Assembly: GCA_041562655.1 (NCBI GenBank)
Contig: JBFEXN010000001.1
Span: forward strand, 1 to 32,839
From: Sulfurimonadaceae bacterium
GTDB lineage: Bacteria; Campylobacterota; Campylobacteria; Campylobacterales; Sulfurimonadaceae
DNA length: 32,839 bases
Reading direction: 5' to 3'
Position numbers and translations under genes: made by a program. Below are positions 27,040 to 32,839 of this stretch, in pieces. Below the pieces are notes generated by a model. That model saw nothing but the letters and a program-made list of their open reading frames with translations. It searched no databases and was not told the origin of the DNA. Position 1 is the first letter of the stretch. Each line of letters opens with the position of its first letter.

Positions 27040-27933
27040 TTGATGTCACTAACTCTTTATGCGCGGATGCAAGATATCGATTTTACACCCGATCCATTCG
27101 ATGAGAAAGATATCAGCGGGATTACGATCCTGGATGCGAAAAAGTTGCAGATGGAGGACCTTAACGGATTGGCATTTACGGGAATATCCGATCTTGCCTA
27201 TGACAAGGAGCAGGGACTTTTTGCGCTGAGTGATAATGGCTATATCTTCAAGCTTGACATTGAGATAAAAGACAACAAGATAGTTAATCTTGAAGTTATC
27301 GACGCGTTTTTGTTGAAAAATAAAAAAGCTAAGCCCTTCTCTAAGAAAAAACGTGATGCTGAAGGGATGGACTTCTTAAATGGTGCACTGCTCATCTCTT
27401 TTGAACGCAAGCCGAGGGTGTCTCTGTTTGATCTTAAAGGTGTAAAGATAAAGAGCTATGAGATTGCTCCGGTTTTAAAGGATATTGATAATTATCAGAG
27501 TAAGAACAGTGCTCTGGAATCTGTTACCATGCACCCGGAATTTGGTATGATCACTCTGCCTCAAAGACCTCTGATACATGCCAAAGAGAGTATACATACC
27601 CTCTACTCACAGAGTCAAAGATGGCATTTCAAAGCCGATGCTGACGTGACGGCTGTGCAGAGTATGCCAGATGGCAGTCTGCTTGTGCTTGAAAGGGCGT
27701 TTCACATCGTAGGTTTGGATCATACCGTGTGGTTGAAAAAAGTCCCCATCATGGAGTGTAAAGAGAAGGTGTGTCCTGCTCAGGTCTTAGCAACATTGAA
27801 AAGCTCAGATGGATGGAAATTGGATAACTTTGAGGGATTGACACGTGTTCATGACGATGTTTATCTGATGATCAGTGATGATAATGAGAGTTTTTTACAA
27901 GATTGCATACTGGTCTTGTTTCAAGTAAGGTGA
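27040..27933 (+). CDS. Esterase-like-activity-of-phytase family protein (beta-propeller); the true start is probably upstream at ATA 27016
   Basis: ISDLAYD, AEGMDF, LESVTMHP, DGSLLVLERAF and NFEGLT resemble PF13449-type proteins. The canonical TTG/ATG at 27040/27043 lacks an SD. An AGGAG SD sits 6 nt before the in-frame ATA at 27016, which would add a signal peptide. Confidence 0.65.
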   Translation: MMSLTLYARMQDIDFTPDPFDEKDISGITILDAKKLQMEDLNGLAFTGISDLAYDKEQGLFALSDNGYIFKLDIEIKDNKIVNLEVIDAFLLKNKKAKPFSKKKRDAEGMDFLNGALLISFERKPRVSLFDLKGVKIKSYEIAPVLKDIDNYQSKNSALESVTMHPEFGMITLPQRPLIHAKESIHTLYSQSQRWHFKADADVTAVQSMPDGSLLVLERAFHIVGLDHTVWLKKVPIMECKEKVCPAQVLATLKSSDGWKLDNFEGLTRVHDDVYLMISDDNESFLQDCILVLFQVR

Positions 27934-27936
27934 ACT

Positions 27937-27974
27937 CTTTGAGCACTCTCATCTGAACAGAAGAGTGCTCAAGG
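27937..27974. terminator. Strong bidirectional hairpin shared by convergent genes
   Basis: TTGAGCACTCT (27939-27949) pairs perfectly with AGAGTGCTCAA (27962-27972) across a 12-nt loop. It lies between the stop at 27933 and the stop at 27988, and is followed by the palindrome AAGGCATATGCCTT. Confidence 0.6.
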
Positions 27975-27987
27975 CATATGCCTTGTG

Positions 27988-28257
27988 TTAGTGATTATAC
28001 TTCCAGAGTTGAAAGTCGTTCCAAAGTTTTGAGACATCCTCACCTTGATCACGGGCTTTCTTCGCCCAATAGGTACACTCTTTGAAGTCTGGTAACATAC
28101 CGTCACCGTTACAATACATCAGTGCCAGATTACTCTGTGCTCCGGCATGTCCCTGTTCTGCCAACGGCTTCCACAGGTTAAGCGCCGTTTGGAAGTCACC
28201 TTTGCCAATAGCGTCCCAACCTTTTTCATAGTCTCCGGCGAACAGGCTGGCTGTCAT
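27988..28257 (-). CDS. Sel1-repeat (Hcp-like) small protein; the true start is probably upstream at ATC 28281
   Basis: AEQGHAGAQSNLALMYCNGDG...KECTYWAKKA is a Sel1/Hcp-type repeat with a Cys pair. The ATG at 28257 has no SD. An AAAGGA SD lies 6 nt before the in-frame ATC at 28281-28279, which would complete a signal peptide. Confidence 0.65.
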   Translation of the reverse strand: MTASLFAGDYEKGWDAIGKGDFQTALNLWKPLAEQGHAGAQSNLALMYCNGDGMLPDFKECTYWAKKARDQGEDVSKLWNDFQLWKYNH

Positions 28258-28303
28258 TAATATTAGAAAAAACAGTTTGATGATAGGTCCTTTTTTTGAG
28301 ATG

Positions 28304-28312
28304 ATTATAGCA
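28304..28312 (-). promoter_or_regulatory. Candidate extended -10 promoter (TGCTATAAT) for the Sel1-repeat gene
   Basis: The minus strand reads ACTGCTATAATCATCTCAAAAAAAGGACC. That is TGn-TATAAT, with the AAAGGA SD starting 10 nt after the TATAAT hexamer. Confidence 0.4.
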
Positions 28313-28378
28313 GTAAAATGATAAAGATACTACCTTAGAAACACTAAAGGGACCATGGGTAGATGCCTTGTGTTGCTT

Positions 28379-30439
28379 TTAGTCTACAAATCTATTTAAG
28401 AGCAGCTGACAGGTCTCGATATCGAAGCTTTCAATAGCATGGGACAATTGTTCCGAGATAAGATGGAACTCTGTGATCTGCTCACTTCTTGAACACGCTT
28501 CAAGTACTTGTGCAAAGGCCATGATAGCATTGATGTCTCCCTCATGCTTTGCAGCGTACAGGCTTGCTTGCAGTTGTGGACAGCGTTGTATATATTTTTT
28601 GAGTTCGATGTTCTCTATGTCCTCTATCGTCTTAGGGGTCTTTTCCTGATTGAGAGTAACGGAACATTTAAGATGTTCAGAAAGTGTCTGTATCAATGTG
28701 TCAAGAGAGATAGGCTTTTCCAAGAAGGCATCAAAGATGGCATTTTCTTTATCGTTTGCAGTCTCTATGACGGAGGCGGTGATGGCAATGACAGGTAGGT
28801 GGTACTTTTCTTTGATGATATGTGTCACTTCATAGCCATCCATGACAGGCATTTTGATATCGGTCAGTACGATATCAAAGTCGTTCTCTTCTATCAGCTG
28901 CAGGGCTTCATGCCCATTAGTCGCCTGGGTCAGAGTAAAAGGCATCTTTTTTAAATATTCATAGATGAGGGTGCGATTAAGCTCTATGTCATCGACGATC
29001 AGGATATTCGCCGGTTCAAATATCACCTCTTTTTGCTGCTGACGTTCTTCAAGTGTCTGCGATGAGATAGCGACATCATTAAGTGTTATCGTAAAAGTCG
29101 AACCCTTACCTACCTCACTGAGAAGTTCAATCTTTCCATGCATAAGATTGACAAGTTTTTTGACGATAGCCAGTCCCAATCCGGTCCCGCCATACTCTTT
29201 GACTTTTTGATCCTTCTGTTGCACAAAAGCACTGAAGATAGATTCTTGCTGTTCTTTTGGAATACCGATACCGCTGTCTTTAACTCTGATGCAGAGGTTG
29301 ACGCGTTCGTTGAATGGTATAGCTTCGATATCGACATGAACAAATCCATCATGCGTGAACTTCATCGCATTGCTGAGGAGGTTATAAAGGATCTGTCGAA
29401 GACGGACTTCGTCTAAAAGAAGAGGGTACGTGAGGTCTTTATCAATGTTTATGGTGAAATCAAGCCCTTTTGAACGTGCCTTGGTGGAAAAGGTCAGGTT
29501 CAGGTCATTGCTGAGATCGTTCAAGTTGGTCGGTGCAAGTTGGATATGCATCTTGCCTGCCTCCACTTTTGAAAGATCAAGAATATCATTGATGATTCTC
29601 AGAAGAAGTTTGCCGCTGCTTTTGAGTGAGCTTACATAACTTTTATTGGTCGTATCTGTGACACGCTCTTCCAACAGGTCGGTAAAGCCTATGATGGCAT
29701 TCATCGGAGTGCGTATCTCATGGCTCATGTTGGCCAAGAACTCTGATTTCATTCTGTTGGCTTGTTCTGCCTCGATCTTGGCATCTTCAAGCTCTCCCGT
29801 ACGAAGTGTTACCATACTTTCGAGGTTCGTATTCACTGATTGAAGGGCTTCTTTAGTACGAATAAGTTCCATGAAACGGTCTTCCATCGAAATGACCATC
29901 TTCGAGAGTACCAGCCATTCAAAGATGACAAAAAAGGCATGTAAGAGTACGATGTCAAGTCCGCAACCATAGTTAAAGACGATGATAGGAGTATCAAGTA
30001 TCTGGACGTTGTACGCTTGAAGATAGTTGAAGATGAGATGGTGCACAATGATATACAAAGCACCGAGTGTGATGTTCTTCATATCCCTGTAGATGATAAG
30101 AAAAGAGAGTGCCACAAAGATGTGAAAGTGCATCTCGAGACGTCCCATGCTCTGCTGTATCAGGATAATAGAAAAGGTCAGCAATACGATAGCGACAAGG
30201 TTTCTAAAAAACTGAGACCCTTTATAATGACTATAGGCATATTGGCTGATAAGTGAAAGAATCCCACCTCCAATGACACCAAGATAGTAGTCATTGAAGA
30301 GGATCAGGCCGTTTAAAGCAGCCAGGAACCAGTGCAGATAGATAAGCTTGAGCATAAATGTGTCTGAGAGTCTATATTCGTGCTGACGCAGTTCGCAAAA
30401 CTTAGGTTTGTGAAACAGTAAATTAAAAAGTTTATTCAT
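28379..30439 (-). CDS. Hybrid sensor histidine kinase with a His-rich polytopic membrane domain, HisKA/HATPase, REC and a divergent C-terminal helical (HPt-like?) tail
   Basis: 686 aa with ~5-6 TM helices in aa 30-185. Motifs seen: H-box [17 protein letters not shown] box [10 protein letters not shown]2 [24 protein letters not shown]...[12 protein letters not shown]. The ATG overlaps the SCO-like stop by 8 nt. Confidence 0.9.
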   Translation of the reverse strand: MNKLFNLLFHKPKFCELRQHEYRLSDTFMLKLIYLHWFLAALNGLILFNDYYLGVIGGGILSLISQYAYSHYKGSQFFRNLVAIVLLTFSIILIQQSMGRLEMHFHIFVALSFLIIYRDMKNITLGALYIIVHHLIFNYLQAYNVQILDTPIIVFNYGCGLDIVLLHAFFVIFEWLVLSKMVISMEDRFMELIRTKEALQSVNTNLESMVTLRTGELEDAKIEAEQANRMKSEFLANMSHEIRTPMNAIIGFTDLLEERVTDTTNKSYVSSLKSSGKLLLRIINDILDLSKVEAGKMHIQLAPTNLNDLSNDLNLTFSTKARSKGLDFTINIDKDLTYPLLLDEVRLRQILYNLLSNAMKFTHDGFVHVDIEAIPFNERVNLCIRVKDSGIGIPKEQQESIFSAFVQQKDQKVKEYGGTGLGLAIVKKLVNLMHGKIELLSEVGKGSTFTITLNDVAISSQTLEERQQQKEVIFEPANILIVDDIELNRTLIYEYLKKMPFTLTQATNGHEALQLIEENDFDIVLTDIKMPVMDGYEVTHIIKEKYHLPVIAITASVIETANDKENAIFDAFLEKPISLDTLIQTLSEHLKCSVTLNQEKTPKTIEDIENIELKKYIQRCPQLQASLYAAKHEGDINAIMAFAQVLEACSRSEQITEFHLISEQLSHAIESFDIETCQLLLNRFVD

Positions 30440-31001
30440 TCATGAGTTCCTCTAGGTCTGATTCTATCTGTTGAAAGTCGTAGGGAAAGGCGGTGTAGAT
30501 AAAACGCAGTTGTTTAGTGTCTTTGGACTTTTTACTCAGGTACAGGTGCGCGGTATGGTCGACCTCTTCACGCTTAAGCATGGAGGTCGCAAAGTAGACA
30601 CTGAAGACTTTGGTATAGACCCGAAGGATATCATTGTCCAAGTATACCCCTTCAAAACTGTTATGAAATGTCTTGGCGAACGCATCAGGAAGATCCCTAT
30701 CGGATGGTATCGACAAATCCAATAATTTGAGTCCGACCCGCTCTTGCGTCTCTTTGGGTAGAGTAGCATACCATTTTCCAAGGCGTTCAAGTCTTGGAGT
30801 ACAGACATCGACACATCCTGCATACCCAAAGAAGATAAGCTCTATATCGTGACTCTTGTCTAATATCAGGTCAAGTTCAAAGTCCTGTCTCAGCTCAACG
30901 CGTGAGAGACCTTTGGTAAAAAACGTAGGCAGAACAAGGACTAAGACAGAGAGTGCAAGGACAAGAAAGATGAGTAGGACTGAGAGGAGCTTTTTTCTCA
31001 T
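30432..31001 (-). CDS. Membrane-anchored SCO1/SenC-like thioredoxin-fold protein
   Basis: 189 aa with an N-terminal anchor ([20 protein letters not shown]), [13 protein letters not shown] (CxxxC in the SCO position) and a downstream DHTAHLYL (the conserved SCO His region). The ATG is 2 nt after the HD-GYP gene stop. Confidence 0.7.
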   Translation of the reverse strand: MRKKLLSVLLIFLVLALSVLVLVLPTFFTKGLSRVELRQDFELDLILDKSHDIELIFFGYAGCVDVCTPRLERLGKWYATLPKETQERVGLKLLDLSIPSDRDLPDAFAKTFHNSFEGVYLDNDILRVYTKVFSVYFATSMLKREEVDHTAHLYLSKKSKDTKQLRFIYTAFPYDFQQIESDLEELMNE

Positions 31002-31003
31002 AC

Positions 31004-32398
31004 TTATTTGTTGTAGCGCTGCTTGATGTTGACAATATCGATAATATTCTCAACAAGAATATCAACAAGTTTTGGCTCAAATGATTTGCCACTCTCTTTT
31101 TTCATGTATTCGAGTACCTCTTCGAGTGGCCAGGCCTTTTTATATACTCTGTCATGACTTAGCGCATCAAAGACATCGGCAACGGCGGTAATACGTCCGC
31201 ATATAGAGATCTCCTCCCCTTTGAGTCCTCTTGGATATCCCGTGCCATCCCATTTCTCATGATGTTCATGTGAGATAGTCGCAGCGATCTGAAGCAGTCT
31301 GTGAGTTGATTTTTTGAAGATCTCATAGCCGATAGACGAGTGGCGTTTCATCTCTTCAAACTCTTCATCGGTCAGTTTTGCGGGTTTGAGCAGGATAGAG
31401 TCCGAGATAGCGACCTTTCCGATATCGTGCATCGGGCTTGCCATCTTAAGCATCATCACCTCTTTTTCACCAAGACCGTACTTTCTAGCTAAAAGTTCGG
31501 AGTAGAGTGCGACACGATTGACATGATCTCCTGTCTCTTTCGAACGAAGTTCACCCATTTCACCAAGGGTAAAAAGGATCTCCTTCTGAGAACTGATGAT
31601 CCGCTCTTTTGCCTCCACCTGCTTCGTGATATCAGTACGTACACTGATATATTCGATGACCTCGTCATACTGGTTCATAATAGGGATGATCGTAGCATCG
31701 ACAAAATAGGAACTGCCATCTTTGGCCCTGTTTTGCAGTGTCCCTTTCCAGACTCCCTTTTGGGTAATTGTGTTCCACAGGTCGGCATAGACCTGGTCAG
31801 GTACATTCGGATGTCTGATGATCCCGTGTGATTTTCCCATGAGCTCTTCTTTTGAGTATTGGGAGATCTGACAGAACGGCTCATTGACATAGGTGATGAT
31901 TCCCTTGGTATCGGTCTTTGAGACCAGAGCGCTGATGTCAATGGCTTCTTTGTACTGTTCTAAAAGGACTTGAGATTCATCGACCTTGAACTGGAGGGAT
32001 TTTTTGGCAAGATACAGCTCGACATGGGTCTTGACGCGGTGGATAAGTTCAAGTTTTTGAAAAGGTTTCGTGATATAGTCCTGCCAACCATGTTCAAAAC
32101 CTTGATTGATACTCTCATGACCGGCATTAGCTGATAAAAATATAATAGGGATGTTCTTGGTCTTGGGGTTTTGTTTGATGATGTCCGCTGTCTCGTAGCC
32201 ATTAAGTCCGGGCATGTTGATATCAAGCAGGATAAGCATATATTCTTTTTTCTCAAGTTGTTGGATGCCGGACTCTCCACTTGTAGCAAAAAAGATGTTG
32301 AACAACTCTGTACTTTTTAGGACATTGGCAGCCAGCTGTATGTTCTTCGGATTGTCATCGATGATAAGAATATTAGACTTATTATTAGTATTTAGCAT
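31004..32398 (-). CDS. Response regulator with Aer-type PAS and HD-GYP c-di-GMP phosphodiesterase domain
   Basis: 464 aa. REC: ILIIDDNP...LILLDINMPGLNG...ITKPF. PAS: SKTDTKGIITYVNEPF...IIRHPNVP...NRAKDGSSYFV. HD-GYP: GDHVNRV, MHDIGKV, HHEKWDGTGYPRGL, DVFDAL. Confidence 0.9.
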   Translation of the reverse strand: MLNTNNKSNILIIDDNPKNIQLAANVLKSTELFNIFFATSGESGIQQLEKKEYMLILLDINMPGLNGYETADIIKQNPKTKNIPIIFLSANAGHESINQGFEHGWQDYITKPFQKLELIHRVKTHVELYLAKKSLQFKVDESQVLLEQYKEAIDISALVSKTDTKGIITYVNEPFCQISQYSKEELMGKSHGIIRHPNVPDQVYADLWNTITQKGVWKGTLQNRAKDGSSYFVDATIIPIMNQYDEVIEYISVRTDITKQVEAKERIISSQKEILFTLGEMGELRSKETGDHVNRVALYSELLARKYGLGEKEVMMLKMASPMHDIGKVAISDSILLKPAKLTDEEFEEMKRHSSIGYEIFKKSTHRLLQIAATISHEHHEKWDGTGYPRGLKGEEISICGRITAVADVFDALSHDRVYKKAWPLEEVLEYMKKESGKSFEPKLVDILVENIIDIVNIKQRYNK

Positions 32399-32426
32399 CG
32401 GTTGCCTGAGAAGTTTTATAGTCCTG

Positions 32427-32446
32427 ATTATAGCGAATTATCGCTA
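32427..32446 (-). promoter_or_regulatory. Candidate -10 box with an overlapping inverted repeat upstream of the HD-GYP operon
   Basis: The minus strand reads TAGCGATAATTCGCTATAATCAGG. TATAAT lies at 32432-32427, ~30 nt upstream of the ATG, and the inverted repeat TAGCGA-N4-TCGCTA lies at 32446-32431. Confidence 0.25.
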
Positions 32447-32599
32447 CTATTCAAAGCTCTATTGATGGATCGTATGTTTAGGTCATGAAGATGTGTCTAA
32501 GAAACTGTTTCGACGTGATGTAAAAATAAACGATAGTGAAATCTTTTTAAGATATTTAAAATATGATGCTCTGGAGTGTTTTTAATAGAAAGTTTGTGA

Positions 32600-32674
32600 T
32601 GGTGACCCCAAGGAGATTCGAACTCCTATGGCATGGATGAAAACCATGAATCCTAACCATTAGATGATGGGGCC
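32600..32674 (-). tRNA. tRNA-Glu (anticodon UUC)
   Basis: The reverse complement GGCCCCATCATCTAATGGTTAGGATTCATGGTTTTCATCCATGCCATAGGAGTTCGAATCTCCTTGGGGTCACCA folds as a cloverleaf. Acceptor GGCCCCA/TGGGGTC, anticodon stem CATGG/CCATG with loop TTTTCAT, T-arm AGGAG-TTCGAAT-CTCCT, and an encoded CCA. Confidence 0.9.
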
Positions 32675-32715
32675 ATATTTAAAAAGTTATCTTTTCTTTA
32701 AAGTTAAAGAAAAAA

Positions 32716-32791
32716 TGGTGTCCTGTGATGGACTCGAACCATCGGCATCCTCATTAAAAGTGAGATGCTCTACCAACTGAGCTAACAAGAC
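32716..32791 (-). tRNA. tRNA-Lys (anticodon UUU)
   Basis: The reverse complement GTCTTGTTAGCTCAGTTGGTAGAGCATCTCACTTTTAATGAGGATGCCGATGGTTCGAGTCCATCACAGGACACCA folds as a cloverleaf. Acceptor GTCTTGT/ACAGGAC, anticodon loop CTTTTAA, T-arm GATGG-TTCGAGT-CCATC, and an encoded CCA. Confidence 0.9.
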
Positions 32792-32839
32792 GTTTTTCAA
32801 AAGCTGTATCGCTTATGAGGCCGAAATTATAGGATAAAG

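Noticed and set aside
27971-27984. The perfect 14-bp palindrome AAGGCATATGCCTT next to the terminator, and the 12-bp palindrome AAGAAGCTTCTT at 3128-3139 upstream of the kinase gene.
   Set aside because: Palindromes of this length are expected a few times per 33 kb by chance. There are no repeated copies and no associated regulator evidence.
27978-27989. The 12-mer ATGCCTTGTGTT recurs at 28365-28376. Each copy lies just 3' of a minus-strand gene stop codon.
   Set aside because: Tens of exact 12-mer coincidences are expected by chance in a 33-kb window, and the flanking sequence is not similar.
32399-32839. The tRNA-Lys/tRNA-Glu pair as a possible genomic-island integration site bordering the signalling operon.
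   Set aside because: No integrase, direct repeat of a tRNA 3' end, or abrupt compositional change is visible within the window. The region beyond the tRNAs is not available.
1-32839. A scan for CRISPR-like spaced repeats, IS elements, long tandem repeats, and toxin-antitoxin or known defence gene pairs.
   Set aside because: I found none by eye. Intergenic gaps are all under 240 bp, and the only repeats are short ones of 10-12 nt.

Overview
This is a compact, roughly 90% coding, moderately AT-rich bacterial chromosomal segment. Gene content suggests a marine or sulfur-oxidising member of the Campylobacterota; that is inference only, based on a single-RRM RNA-binding protein, YtoQ, a TIGR03545-like protein, abundant PAS/GGDEF/HD-GYP signalling proteins and abutting genes. 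I call 34 protein-coding genes (one partial, one unlisted small ORF) and 2 tRNA genes (Glu-UUC, Lys-UUU). I saw no CRISPR array, transposase, integrase, phage genes or recognisable defence genes. The housekeeping and accessory backbone includes a TolC-adaptor-RND efflux operon, pepP, acs, an ABC-F ATPase, a SUI1/YciH factor, a rhodanese, a cytochrome b561-like protein and a lipoprotein. The window is unusually rich in signalling genes: two hybrid phosphorelay kinases, an OmpR-type regulator, a GGDEF cyclase, a PAS-GGDEF-(degenerate)EAL protein and a REC-PAS-HD-GYP phosphodiesterase. The best candidate for an undescribed system is a translationally coupled minus-strand operon at 28379-32398. 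It encodes a REC/Aer-type-PAS/HD-GYP regulator, a membrane-anchored SCO1/SenC-like CxxxC protein, and a hybrid kinase with a histidine-rich polytopic membrane domain. I read it as a possible copper/redox-to-c-di-GMP module. Other items worth a second look: two adjacent exported-protein genes whose Shine-Dalgarno sites sit before in-frame ATA/ATC codons rather than ATG; a WD40 protein with four ~85-aa C-terminal repeats; a fused TIGR03546/TIGR03545-like membrane protein; a degenerate EAL domain; and three convergent gene pairs with 0-7 nt between stop codons. All family assignments come from motif recognition by eye, not from database searches.
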